Source: a virus. Taken from it: a stretch of 64,000 nt of DNA. How positions within the stretch are numbered: position 1 is the first letter of the stretch; every line of letters begins with the position of its first letter. The translations under genes were made by a program, and so were the position numbers. The notes under the pieces were generated by a model that was not told where the DNA came from, made no database searches, and worked only from the letters and a program-made list of their open reading frames with translations. Of this stretch, positions 46,701 through 56,701 are shown piece by piece. Where the stretch lies: positions 54,057 through 118,056 of IMG/VR virus record IMGVR_UViG_3300034374_012521. One strand, written 5' to 3'.

Positions 46701-49262
46701 TGTTTCACCATAAGAGGAAGACCAAAAATCAAAGTCAAAGTCTTTAATATCAAAGAAGGAGAATACCCCAGTTTTGATCTTTGGCATTTCAAATAAGTTG
46801 AAAGATTGGCTTGTTCCCAAATCAATTACCGCCTTCCGATCCCTCAGATTTGCAATTAATAACTCATTATATCCCTTAAAACCATCAACCCTTCCATTAG
46901 AATCTAATACAGGATCTTCAACATATTTGGTTACGCTTTCAATCATAGAAGCTCCACCTGTTATACCGCTTCCCGATGTTACCTGAATATAATTTCCAGC
47001 CACCACTTTATTAATTTCCTTAATATCAAAAGCCACCCTACAAAGGGGGTAATCAGTTCCCCCACTAAATGAGATAGGCCCATTCAAAGAAGAGGCATCA
47101 GTTCCAGCTATCTTAACAAATCCACTCTGGGAAAAGGTTGAGTATAATTGCCAGTTAGATGAATCTAACGAAGGATCTGTATTTTGAGATCCGGGTATTG
47201 CAGAAGGAATATTATTCTTCGCTTGGTAGTATATGTTAGAACTTAGAACAACATCACCGGTTGAATATGAACTTGTGTTATTCCAAACTCCAATATACAA
47301 GGACTTAAAAGTTGTATAGTCATCATAAGCTACAACCCTATATTCTTTATTGACCTTAGACCCGAAAGCTTTTGTTCTAATAACTGAAGTTGAAGAACTA
47401 GGAGCAGAATCCCATACAACGTCACTTATAGACGATACACACTCACAAAAAGCAGCAGCGATTTCTTCTGTCGTTCCATCAGTGGCGTTAAAGAAATGTT
47501 CTGTCCCTATATTATAAGAAGATCCAGATTTCCACCCCACAAGGGTTCCACCAAATTCTCCAGTCTTAATCAGATCATATCTTCCAGCAGGCTCAGATTT
47601 AGATCCATTTGGCCAGAAAATCTTAAAAACGGCTTCATTTCCGGAAGATTCATTTCCAGTAAATTCTATACCAATATTGGGTCTCCCCTTAGTTCCAGGT
47701 AAAATCCCTTTTATAGAACCTATCTTATCCCCGTACCCAGTGAAGTTTTGTAGATTTACTGATGTGTTACTAACCACCAATGATCCGGTTGTTAGATTGG
47801 GGTTTCCAGTTACACCAAAAGTGCTTCCGTCGTAAGGACCATATTTAGCATATTGTGGAGTATTGTCAATCCAAGTTTTATTAGACGTGTTATAGTTTTC
47901 AAACCTTTTTAAGGAATAGAACCTATCAGATTTGTCGGTAATATAATATAGTTTCTGCGGGTCGTTTACATTTGTATCATAAGATCCTGGTATCCATCCA
48001 GAAGATCCCTCATAATAAAGTCTGACCCCACCTGTGCTACTCTGAAAATTCGGTCTATTGTCTTCATAATGACCGATATTGTTTCTTGAAGGCTTAGGTA
48101 AATTTAGATTGCCGTTGGAGTTCTTAAAATCGTAAAAGTAATCTCCATTTAAGAAAAACTCACCAAGGTCATTTTTCGAAACATAAAATCCAAAATACCT
48201 ATTTATAGTGTATAAATCAGAGTCCGAATCGTTAAACAAGAATTCCATATTCAACACATTAGGACATATCACACCATTTCTTTGGAATCCGTCAGTTACA
48301 TAGTTTTCGAAATCTGATTGTATAGAAGATTGTGGGTTTATCAGATAATCATAAAGTAGCTCTCCCCTTTCTGTAAAAACACCGTCTTTTATACTAACAC
48401 CATTATAATAGGTGTAGGTGTTCTGCTGAAAAGAAAAATCTATTGGAGATTGCTTGTAACCCTTATTATTTACAATGCTTCTTATATAGTCACCAATCTT
48501 AGTTCCAGCCCTCAAATCAAAAGTAGCAACAACACTAGCGTTTGGTAATATTTTTGAGTTGAAGAAAGATTCAACATCATCGACATTTGATTGAAATTTT
48601 AGCTCATTCATCTCAACAACTTTACCAGATCCTGAAACCACTGAATATGAGCTGTACAAGTCTACACCCTCGAAAATTTCATTTGCCTTATATACAATTT
48701 CCTGCCCAGCATTATCCTTTCCGTATGTAATGGAAAAGGTCTCAGAAGAATCTGGGTCCTGAATTAGCTTATAGCTTACCGAGGTTTGAATGTTAGTTAC
48801 ATTGGTAGTATATGGATAGCTTACTGGATTTGGTAACTTAAAAACAACGAAAAACTCAGGTAATTCATTGCGTAGCCAAAGGGGTTGGAAATATCTAAAA
48901 TTCTCAGTGTAGTTTTTGTCAATTAATGTGGAAGCACCACTACCATAAAAGAAGTCGTACTGGAATTCAAAATCCTCTTGAGCTTTTGAACTCCCGTCTG
49001 TGAATTCTCCTACCTGGAAAATAAGATCATTTGCAACAGATCCCTTATCGAAAAAATTGTATAAATCAGTAGCGTAAGAATCCTTTCCTGTTACCTGGAA
49101 CTTTTTAAATTTCTCTGTGCTAAGTGTTGGATTTGCATTAAAGGAGTTTAACCAAACACCGCCAGAGGAATCTAATGACACCTTCACATTGCCGGTAAGT
49201 TTGGGGTTTGTCCTTAATAGTCCAAATGATGAATTATAATCAAATAATTTTGGTGATGCCAT
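43734..49262 (-). CDS. Very large virion structural protein (baseplate/tail, putative)
   Basis: 1842 aa; internal carbohydrate-binding-like segment WNNTSSYSTGDVV...YYQAK...WQL. Confidence 0.65.
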   Translation of the reverse strand: MASPKLFDYNSSFGLLRTNPKLTGNVKVSLDSSGGVWLNSFNANPTLSTEKFKKFQVTGKDSYATDLYNFFDKGSVANDLIFQVGEFTDGSSKAQEDFEFQYDFFYGSGASTLIDKNYTENFRYFQPLWLRNELPEFFVVFKLPNPVSYPYTTNVTNIQTSVSYKLIQDPDSSETFSITYGKDNAGQEIVYKANEIFEGVDLYSSYSVVSGSGKVVEMNELKFQSNVDDVESFFNSKILPNASVVATFDLRAGTKIGDYIRSIVNNKGYKQSPIDFSFQQNTYTYYNGVSIKDGVFTERGELLYDYLINPQSSIQSDFENYVTDGFQRNGVICPNVLNMEFLFNDSDSDLYTINRYFGFYVSKNDLGEFFLNGDYFYDFKNSNGNLNLPKPSRNNIGHYEDNRPNFQSSTGGVRLYYEGSSGWIPGSYDTNVNDPQKLYYITDKSDRFYSLKRFENYNTSNKTWIDNTPQYAKYGPYDGSTFGVTGNPNLTTGSLVVSNTSVNLQNFTGYGDKIGSIKGILPGTKGRPNIGIEFTGNESSGNEAVFKIFWPNGSKSEPAGRYDLIKTGEFGGTLVGWKSGSSYNIGTEHFFNATDGTTEEIAAAFCECVSSISDVVWDSAPSSSTSVIRTKAFGSKVNKEYRVVAYDDYTTFKSLYIGVWNNTSSYSTGDVVLSSNIYYQAKNNIPSAIPGSQNTDPSLDSSNWQLYSTFSQSGFVKIAGTDASSLNGPISFSGGTDYPLCRVAFDIKEINKVVAGNYIQVTSGSGITGGASMIESVTKYVEDPVLDSNGRVDGFKGYNELLIANLRDRKAVIDLGTSQSFNLFEMPKIKTGVFSFFDIKDFDFDFWSSSYGETPTPEFHRYFQLIPEIKGQIKDGVKYLVKSGEVVVDVGTVNERTLPAGRAFVGSTVDFFIDSGFTNTGVESIVVPAIFTQIQWKDPSASYNSKLINFEKNLDSFDGFFGIQSISETQAVTQSNTKGFIFNYGKLETEYDYLEENYTTSRANRSKIVPFINKWGYFGGTDSRGHGYRLNASAAFSPTNFSPSFEKETPDPMYLTHEWMLLEGVPDGYPSDKIESQNSYLPAKIDLSKVRSADPDDSLYFSSFFTVEPADYSSPYNIASNTTKELFTPFTYNRSTGFYDTVFRGAKISLRRRSTVTNPKTDLEKYVPNFRGFEDYKFASVLRVVPETGNTIQSPVSYEIVENTQQKSVLFVCQIVVKDYRALPLGYTGGTGGNPSVDYLLLYSLSDKKKDSGVGVTGTTGATGIPLYEIDDIKLSSALDLSITSESSVTQFTNPGFIYTIPNPDYDTDLREEINTIYPVGGTGSLSPTGKGSFRVPSINSTYPWPVGRSKNLASFGPVGTNYTFDIPFAFGSPVTIPVGPRSAYADYPVFQEEGGEKYFDFLIRRISLSQISDRVNNESPYIKYRTYSWNADTQTTEVRSDYFQIYMQQPTALHRSTGTYPVADYSGPQTLGQNQPTGYQINAGPNYAADILRYAGKYEPLFNKVIRYKNDKTDTISGYSSADLSYRNCTFAPEKIDFGTVKNLNYSKVSLGKNILEKSANLPLGPVYPLVGETPVAKKNFSIFLSTWDPGYFNLYTSATQNSPVAGTRSMRENKSFLGSKMMQTPYTITTYTFITLEVNRTTGETDVQKINLEAKQALSEIQNITPQTSNTGIGQLGTVFSNVDLQVFDEGIYPDVEVFWQKDTRTNTLYGSIRLDRILRRYLLNAGISKVFVDNIISEFGVGDPESINDDIKTYIDKNIVPIYQGITFDLFVKKTGTDLTSTELLLRGDLTSPDRIRYSYYSEPNYKLTKRNALSYSFELPLESGKNYSTTFTFQIEKI

Positions 49263-49289
49263 TTAAAATGTTGTTCCTTTATTAAACCC

Positions 49290-52200
49290 TTAGCCTACAT
49301 TTCTAGTTGTTGAAGAGAAATTTGGTGCTGAGAGGGTATCATTTTTATATTTTCCAGTAACCTGCACGTCAAAAGAGAACGGACTTTGGTTTCTAACCTG
49401 TATATCTATTCCTATCTTTTTACTATAGGTTATATTTGTTGGGTTTCCATCAGCTCTAAATCCTCCGATATAACCCAACTTATCATTTGCTCTAAACTGG
49501 AATATTAAAGGAACATTTATAGAATTGGAATCTCCATTCTTAACAAACTTAGAAGCCAATTGAGTTGATCCTTCAACTTGAATAGTTGAAGCTGTTGGTG
49601 GACCTAAGAATAGATAGGCTCCACAAGTATATCTTCCAACCAGATACTCATCATTAGCGGTGAATCCAAGTTTATTTGGATACATTTCATCTTCTCTAGA
49701 AGCAGTAGCTCCCTGTACAAAATCAGTAGACACCTGTTGATATCCCAACTGCTTATAATTGTCCAAAAGTGTAGTATCTGTGTAGAAATAATCTGAATGT
49801 CTGAAGTATGGGTAAACTACAAGACCACCGGAGAAATTAGGTTTCACCAAATTAGTGAACGAAAGACCTGTGGTAAGATCTGGGTGATCCTTGTGTATAC
49901 AGAATTCGCTTAATGTACCATTTCCAATACCAGTATAACTACCAGTTGCCCCAGTAATCACACCACTCCAAATATTAGCATCAGTACCAGAGGCTGTAGG
50001 AACTGAATTATCAGTTGGATCAAAAGGAAGTAATTGACTACCATTTCTAGGTAAACCGCTCACATCGCCAGTATAGAGATAAGAGCCAGCAAAAGTAGAA
50101 GGTGCTATATAGAGTTCATTGTCAAACCCAACCGACTTCCACCTAGGATAAACAAATTGACTATTTGAGTTACCAGAAGCATACGGTGGCGCCTGTCTAA
50201 ACTCTTTAAAAGAATCGTTATTTGCACCTCCAGTGGATCCTACAGGAACTATATCCGATGTGGTAAGGGACGTAATAGAAATTGGCACCGCGCCATATCT
50301 TAAATTAGATGCATATCCTTCGGGTAATGCATAGGAGGAGCTTGTTCCGGCAAGTGTTGTTAAACCACCAGGTAATATAGAAGAAAGCTCCAAGAGACCA
50401 GCGGAAGTGTTGCTTATCTTAATCTCATAAACAGTAGAAGCTATTTTACCTGCATCGCTTGTAGATGCATTTTGGTATATCTGGTTAAAGTAACCAGCAT
50501 TTAGGTTTACAGTTGAACCATTAGTCACCAGTTGTGTGTTTGTATCATCAACAATATAAACTTCTAAAGTACCAGTAGCATTTTCTACAGTTGCTCTTAA
50601 AGAGTTCAATTGATCCTGAAGTTCACTTAGCTTTTGGAAAAGGTCCAAAGGATTACCAGCAGAATCATAGTAGCCACTAAGAATTGAATTTGTTCCCAAA
50701 TAGTAAGTCTTATCACCAGTAACTACCTGTTGATTCAAGAGTCCGTCTATACCCTTAGCTGTTAAATCTTGTTGAATTGCAAGAACAGCCTCGTCTTTTA
50801 AGTTTGTGCTAACACTCTCAGCTGTACTTTGGGTTGAAAGATCGTCAGGGAAAGCTACAACAACAGGATCTGAAAAATCCGATGTTACCGGGTTATCTGG
50901 CCACCCTGCTTCTGAAACCGCTTTAATGCGGATTTCAACTCTTTCTCCTTTTGTAATTGGTATATCAAGTTGATTGATATTAGTAGCATCTGCATTCTCA
51001 GTATCTTCAGGGGCCCAAACATACGTCCCTGTATTAGCATCATATATCTTCTTTCTTACCTCTGATTTTATCTCAGTCCAGTTTGAAAAGGCCCCGGTTT
51101 TTTCTTGACCGTTATCATCAAGGTAACCTATCTGCTGTACCGCAGGAGAAGCTCCAGCCTCTGAAAGGTACCTATACTGTATAATGAACTGAATGACACT
51201 CTGATCTCCAGTAACCGTGCTACTTTTTGGCAAAGGAATGGGCCAAAAACCCCTCACTCTATATTTAGGTTCTACTTTGAACTGGGTATTTGTTTCTGAA
51301 ATAGTAGTGATATCACTTACGACGGAAGCAAGGAGTTGTTGTTTTTGTACTCTTTGCTGGGTCAAAGAATTAAGTGAAGCTATAATCGAACTTGATGCCT
51401 GAGCATTTCCTGTATTAGAAGAAGAAACAGAAGCAATTGAAGAGTTGTTAGCTAAAACACTTGTGGAAGAAACCGAATTTAAATCGGTTCTAGCTTTTGA
51501 TATAGATCCATCTAACTGTTGTATTTCTGATTGCAAAGTTGATTTTAAAGCTACCTTGTCATTCAGAGTTTGGACATCAGTTCCTTCGGTAAGCTGGGTA
51601 TTAACCTGAACCACCCTAAAATTAGTAGCAGAAACTGAAGGAGCATCTGGAACCAACCCATTTATGGCATTTATCTTCTTCTCTTTAGCCATTCCAAGGA
51701 ATATCTGACCAAGATCTGCTACTGAATTAAGATAGAACTGCTCCAGTGTTTGCACACCAGAGTCAGTGTTAATGGTTAATTCATTGCTGAAAATAATAAT
51801 TCCGTTTGACCAAGTGGATCCAATGATATTGAAGTTATCATCTATCTGCTTAAAAAATATTCCCTGCCTTTCGTCAAAACCAACATTAACCTCTATAAGT
51901 CTTGCACTTAATTGGGTTGATTGTAAGGTTAATTGATTATCACCAATTTGTACCGGTTGATACCCAGAATCTCTTTTAAGCTGAACAGATGTCTCCTCTA
52001 TATTAACCGCGGTAATAAGATATCTAGTTCCATCATTAGTTAATAGGGTATCACCAACGGATAATGTCCTCCCGTTGGTAACGTTAGAAGTCGTATCAGT
52101 ATAATTAACTGTATTTAATTTATAGTTCCTTCTAGTTTCCTGGACTTGATTTCCATTTGCATCGGTTATCGTTACTACGTCATCATAAAAGGAAAGAACA

Positions 52201-52844
52201 CCGAAAGATCCTTTATTCCTAATTGACCTCAGTGGTAAGTCAATATTGTCTTCATCAACAAAATAGTCTATACCAGCATCATCCAGCTCATTAATAAAAT
52301 CTTGCTCAGATAGGTCATTCCTTCCATTTAGGTTATTATCAAAATAAGCCTTCTTTTCATCAGTATTAGTATTTGCTATAATTCTTTTAACCCTAACACG
52401 ATCAGCATCATCAGCAACCTGACCGGTTACGTCAATAGAGATGTATAGAAGCGGGCTTAAAAAGCTTTCAAAGAACCAATTATCCCTTGCAGAAAATGTG
52501 CTTGGCACCTGAAGATTGGCAAGAGGTGCAGGATCCTTTATAGGTTGAGACTTATAAACTTGACTATACGTACCATCAGGATTTCTAACGGTAGCAAAGT
52601 TGTCCCCCAGTCCAGCAAGAGACTGGATGTTAGAATCGAGCCTTTCTATTTCACTTCTAAGATAACCATAGGCTGGAATACTAGCGACAGATGGCAAACC
52701 ATTTTCATCTAGTAGCTCGATCTGTACATTATCGTTAGTAGAAGTTGCTACCTCATTGAGGCCGTTAATAATCTCCAATGAATTTTTTTGCAGTCTTAAA
52801 AACTGAGCTACTAGAGAACTTATTGAATTTTGTGTTGATGCCAT
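49290..52844 (-). CDS. Large virion structural protein (putative)
   Basis: 1184 aa with coiled-coil segments; structural module. Confidence 0.65.
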   Translation of the reverse strand: MASTQNSISSLVAQFLRLQKNSLEIINGLNEVATSTNDNVQIELLDENGLPSVASIPAYGYLRSEIERLDSNIQSLAGLGDNFATVRNPDGTYSQVYKSQPIKDPAPLANLQVPSTFSARDNWFFESFLSPLLYISIDVTGQVADDADRVRVKRIIANTNTDEKKAYFDNNLNGRNDLSEQDFINELDDAGIDYFVDEDNIDLPLRSIRNKGSFGVLSFYDDVVTITDANGNQVQETRRNYKLNTVNYTDTTSNVTNGRTLSVGDTLLTNDGTRYLITAVNIEETSVQLKRDSGYQPVQIGDNQLTLQSTQLSARLIEVNVGFDERQGIFFKQIDDNFNIIGSTWSNGIIIFSNELTINTDSGVQTLEQFYLNSVADLGQIFLGMAKEKKINAINGLVPDAPSVSATNFRVVQVNTQLTEGTDVQTLNDKVALKSTLQSEIQQLDGSISKARTDLNSVSSTSVLANNSSIASVSSSNTGNAQASSSIIASLNSLTQQRVQKQQLLASVVSDITTISETNTQFKVEPKYRVRGFWPIPLPKSSTVTGDQSVIQFIIQYRYLSEAGASPAVQQIGYLDDNGQEKTGAFSNWTEIKSEVRKKIYDANTGTYVWAPEDTENADATNINQLDIPITKGERVEIRIKAVSEAGWPDNPVTSDFSDPVVVAFPDDLSTQSTAESVSTNLKDEAVLAIQQDLTAKGIDGLLNQQVVTGDKTYYLGTNSILSGYYDSAGNPLDLFQKLSELQDQLNSLRATVENATGTLEVYIVDDTNTQLVTNGSTVNLNAGYFNQIYQNASTSDAGKIASTVYEIKISNTSAGLLELSSILPGGLTTLAGTSSSYALPEGYASNLRYGAVPISITSLTTSDIVPVGSTGGANNDSFKEFRQAPPYASGNSNSQFVYPRWKSVGFDNELYIAPSTFAGSYLYTGDVSGLPRNGSQLLPFDPTDNSVPTASGTDANIWSGVITGATGSYTGIGNGTLSEFCIHKDHPDLTTGLSFTNLVKPNFSGGLVVYPYFRHSDYFYTDTTLLDNYKQLGYQQVSTDFVQGATASREDEMYPNKLGFTANDEYLVGRYTCGAYLFLGPPTASTIQVEGSTQLASKFVKNGDSNSINVPLIFQFRANDKLGYIGGFRADGNPTNITYSKKIGIDIQVRNQSPFSFDVQVTGKYKNDTLSAPNFSSTTRNVG

Positions 52845-52860
52845 TTTACTTTATAAAATT

Positions 52861-55071
52861 TTACCCATTATTTGTTAAGCTTTTACCCACTATATCTGCC
52901 TGGAATACTAAGTTTTCATCGTCAATACAAACGATCTCTATAACTGGCATATAATCATAAGAGGATATGTCAGAATCAACCAGGGAAATAATAAGATTTG
53001 AATATGCAACCCCTGAAGGATTGTTGATCGGATATCTACCAACTGCGTTAGTAAGGAAATTGATTGTGAAATCGTTTGGAATTATCTGATCACCGAAGCT
53101 AAATTTAAGAGCCTGTCCTTTCTTCCATGATGTAATAGAATCATCAACCCTAATAGACAAATCAGAAGTCAGAGTAATTGGGGTACCATTGTTAATGTGT
53201 TTATAATAATTACCAAAACTTCTAAGATCAACCCTATTTAAGGCATTGTTCTGTAGAGTTATGGTTCCGTTACCCTGCCCAAGGTTAAATTCCTGATTAT
53301 TATTTTCAATAGTAACCTGATTAGGTATGGACCTATTAACAAGGACACCAGATCCTTGCTTAATCGTATCAAGATTATATGAGATTTCCACAGAGGTCTC
53401 ATTATTAATAATGGCCCTAATTAACTCATAATTCTGAGTGATTAGACCCATGACAGATTGAGTATTGTTAAACAATGCTTGGTTAGCAGCATAAGAACTT
53501 TCAAGGCTTGTTATTCTTCTATCAAGAGAAGTTGAAGTATCCTGTGTGAGTAACAAATTCTCCATAGCGGAAACCCTCTCTTCCAAATCTATATAGCTTG
53601 CTGCGTTGTTGTTGAGTGTACTTGAAGCATCCTGTAAAACATTTACAGCATCCATAAACATAGTTAGCGAGAATGGGGAATAGTCATTTATCGCTTGCTC
53701 AACACCAGTTTGATCTATATCAACATCAAATTTGATGTTTAGTTTTAATCCATAAGAATTACCATTAAGCTTGGTAACTATATTTGGCTTATACTTTTGG
53801 AATCTAGGAATGCTATAAATTCCAGACCCTGTAGTTTGCACGTCATCTAGAAATAATACCCCGTAGAGGTTTGTAGCAGAATTAGTTGGATTAGCCGGGT
53901 CATAAACATCATAGTAAATTAACACCGCATTAAACTCAAAATCCTCCGAAATGGAAGTAGAGTTAAATTCTTCTAGAGTTGAAATTGATGCATCATCTAT
54001 GATTTGTTTGTAGGAATCTGGGTCAAAATCAATACCAACTGAATCCAGCCTCGTTCTAACGTATTTCTGGAATCCAACACCTGCGGTTGCTCCAGATACG
54101 GATTTAGAAATAATCTGTGCGGTTGGATCTACAAACGAGGAATCTGTAAAATATGTATTTGCAGTATCCCTTGGAGTATACCAATTACCACTTCCTGTAG
54201 TTCCATTGGTGGTATCCTCAAATGTAGCGGAAGGAGATCCTAAAACATCATCATCAAAAATTGCTAAATTGGTTAGACCACTTGGATTCAACTCATCATA
54301 AGATCTACCAGTCAAATATTCCTTGTCTAGTGGATCTGCAGGATTATTAGTCCATTGGTAATCTGGGTAGTAGTTTTCATCCACCACATTCTTAAAAAGA
54401 ACGGTTGGTGTATTACCATCTTTAGTTGGAACATGGACATATACTTCAGAATAGGTATTATTGTTATTCTTAACCGAATTTACAATATCCAAGTTACCAA
54501 TATATTGAACTACTCTATTGTATGTAGAACCTGCTAAGCCATAAGAACCTGTTCCACCCGAAGGATCACCCTCCACATATCTTTTCTGAGTAGATGGCAA
54601 TCCGTTGATAGTCATAACAGTATTTTGATCAAGAGTAGAAACTACCTGATCGGAAGATGCTGGTTGATATCTAATGGCTCCAACTTCCTTCAACCACTTG
54701 AAGAAAACCCTCTCAGAAATGTTTTGCTTTAAATCTGGGTTGTAAACATCAGAGCTTAAAACCGTCGTTTCAAAGTTCAAACAATAGCTTTGGAAACTTT
54801 GTGAGAAATCAGTATTGGCATTACCAGTAATAATGTTTCCAGCGCTTGTGGCATAATCTAAAAACGCACTGTCAGGTGCGTTTAGTTTAATGCTGTTACC
54901 AAGGGGATCTCCAGAATTGATATCAGGAATATTCAGAAGTGCAAATTTGGAAAACTTGAACTTGTCTACTGAATTATTAAACGTAAAGGACAGATCTTCA
55001 GCGGCAGAAGAGAATGCGTAAAAAGTTCCACCCTGTACTTGAAGAGGCCTTATAAATGGGGTTTTTGCCAT
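52861..55071 (-). CDS. Virion structural protein (putative)
   Basis: 736 aa with a central coiled coil; structural module. Confidence 0.65.
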   Translation of the reverse strand: MAKTPFIRPLQVQGGTFYAFSSAAEDLSFTFNNSVDKFKFSKFALLNIPDINSGDPLGNSIKLNAPDSAFLDYATSAGNIITGNANTDFSQSFQSYCLNFETTVLSSDVYNPDLKQNISERVFFKWLKEVGAIRYQPASSDQVVSTLDQNTVMTINGLPSTQKRYVEGDPSGGTGSYGLAGSTYNRVVQYIGNLDIVNSVKNNNNTYSEVYVHVPTKDGNTPTVLFKNVVDENYYPDYQWTNNPADPLDKEYLTGRSYDELNPSGLTNLAIFDDDVLGSPSATFEDTTNGTTGSGNWYTPRDTANTYFTDSSFVDPTAQIISKSVSGATAGVGFQKYVRTRLDSVGIDFDPDSYKQIIDDASISTLEEFNSTSISEDFEFNAVLIYYDVYDPANPTNSATNLYGVLFLDDVQTTGSGIYSIPRFQKYKPNIVTKLNGNSYGLKLNIKFDVDIDQTGVEQAINDYSPFSLTMFMDAVNVLQDASSTLNNNAASYIDLEERVSAMENLLLTQDTSTSLDRRITSLESSYAANQALFNNTQSVMGLITQNYELIRAIINNETSVEISYNLDTIKQGSGVLVNRSIPNQVTIENNNQEFNLGQGNGTITLQNNALNRVDLRSFGNYYKHINNGTPITLTSDLSIRVDDSITSWKKGQALKFSFGDQIIPNDFTINFLTNAVGRYPINNPSGVAYSNLIISLVDSDISSYDYMPVIEIVCIDDENLVFQADIVGKSLTNNG

Positions 55072-55088
55072 TTATCTAATTTTTTTTG

Positions 55089-55979
55089 TTATGACCAAGA
55101 CATATTTGAAGATCCCAGTACTACCCAAGATCCTTCCTGACTACCGCTATCCTTTCCTATCCTCGGCTCCCATTGAAGCTGAATAGAAGATTGGTAAGGT
55201 CTGTTTGCGTCAACTGTAATCCCAGTTGATGGGAATTCTCCATATCCGCTTGCAGTATTAAATCCAGTGTAGTTTGATCCTTGAACTCCAGTTTTAATTG
55301 AACCAGCAGAGGTCTCAGTATTTATAATTGTAATTCTTAGACCAGCAGGAAGGTTAGCTGCTGTAGTTCCTGCAGTTCCAACGCTCATATAGAAGCCAGA
55401 AGAACACTGAGCATATATTACATCCTCTTGAGCAGTGATAACGTAAGGACTTGCAGATGAAGTTCCACGTCCACCACCACCTCCGGTTGCGGATGAAGGG
55501 AAAACGGTTCCTGAAGTTGCACCACTAGCACCAATAGTATTTTGACAAGCAAAATTACCAACAGGACCAAGGGTCATTGTATTATTTAGGGTCGTAGCTC
55601 CGCTAAGTGTTGTCGAACCAGAGAATGTTGAAGTGCCGCTCTGTGTTAAAGTACTTCCAGATCCAAAGCTTATTGTCCCGCTACCAGTTAAATTTGTGGT
55701 TGAGACCGAAGAAAATGAACCAGCTCCAGAAGAATTAATCTGAGCTAGTGCAGTACCTCCGCTTGGAATAACAATAGAATCGAATTTTCCAGTTTTAGCA
55801 GAGATTCTTCCTGTCGATGCACCGGTTAAATTGATAATACCATTTACCGTATCTAGACCGAAAACCGTGTTGTAATTATTAACCCAATTTTCTAGTGTAA
55901 GAAAGTTTGAGTTTATAGTAGTTCTCGATGCAGAAATCGAATCAGAGCCAAGAATGGAAGTAGTGTTTACTGTAGCCAT
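55089..55979 (-). CDS. Fibre/baseplate-like protein
   Basis: SD...TINSNF N-terminal motif shared with the collagen fibres; G/S/T-rich; GATATATA at 56014-56021. Confidence 0.65.
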   Translation of the reverse strand: MATVNTTSILGSDSISASRTTINSNFLTLENWVNNYNTVFGLDTVNGIINLTGASTGRISAKTGKFDSIVIPSGGTALAQINSSGAGSFSSVSTTNLTGSGTISFGSGSTLTQSGTSTFSGSTTLSGATTLNNTMTLGPVGNFACQNTIGASGATSGTVFPSSATGGGGGRGTSSASPYVITAQEDVIYAQCSSGFYMSVGTAGTTAANLPAGLRITIINTETSAGSIKTGVQGSNYTGFNTASGYGEFPSTGITVDANRPYQSSIQLQWEPRIGKDSGSQEGSWVVLGSSNMSWS

Positions 55980-56044
55980 TTGTTGTAATTATTTTGATTT
56001 CTTAAGTTTTGAATATATATCACATTAACTTTTAAATAGTAAAA

Positions 56045-56701
56045 ATGCCAGACTCATCGAAACGTAACCCCAAGGGAGATACGAAGTTTAACATTACTCT
56101 TTCAGAAGAACAAAAATCGGCAAAATCTGAAATCAGGAAACACCCATTCAATTTTATTACTGGAAAAGCAGGAAGTGGTAAGACACTTTTAGCAGTCCAA
56201 ATAGCACTAGATTGCTATTTCAAAAGAGAATGTGAAAAAATAGTAATCACTAGACCAACGGTTTCTAACGAGGATAACGGATTTTTACCAGGATCTCTAG
56301 AGGAAAAAATGGAACCTTGGCTTGTTCCAATTAGATCGAACATGAGAAAGGTTTACAACAAAGCAGACCATTTGGAAAGAATGGAAAAAGATGAGATTAT
56401 CGAATTGGTTTCTCTTAGTCATTTCAGAGGGAGAACGTTTGATAGATCTGTTGTTATTGTAGATGAATTTCAAAATTTAACCAAGCAACAACTAGGTATG
56501 GTACTAGGTAGACTTGGCAAGCATTCAAGAATGATTCTTTGTGGTGATGGACAGCAGATAGATTTGAAATTTGCTAATGATTCGGCTATCCATGAAGTAC
56601 CAAAACTCAAGGATTCAAAATTTGTCTATTCAATAGCTTTGAAAGATAACCACAGACACGAGTCTATAGATGAAGTTCTAAGGCTACTTTATACATTCTA
56701 A
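56045..56701 (+). CDS. phoH: PhoH-family ATPase
   Basis: GKAGSGKT, ITRP, GFLPGSLEEKMEPW, FRGRTF, VDEFQN, LGRLG, GDGQQID. Confidence 0.93.
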   Translation: MPDSSKRNPKGDTKFNITLSEEQKSAKSEIRKHPFNFITGKAGSGKTLLAVQIALDCYFKRECEKIVITRPTVSNEDNGFLPGSLEEKMEPWLVPIRSNMRKVYNKADHLERMEKDEIIELVSLSHFRGRTFDRSVVIVDEFQNLTKQQLGMVLGRLGKHSRMILCGDGQQIDLKFANDSAIHEVPKLKDSKFVYSIALKDNHRHESIDEVLRLLYTF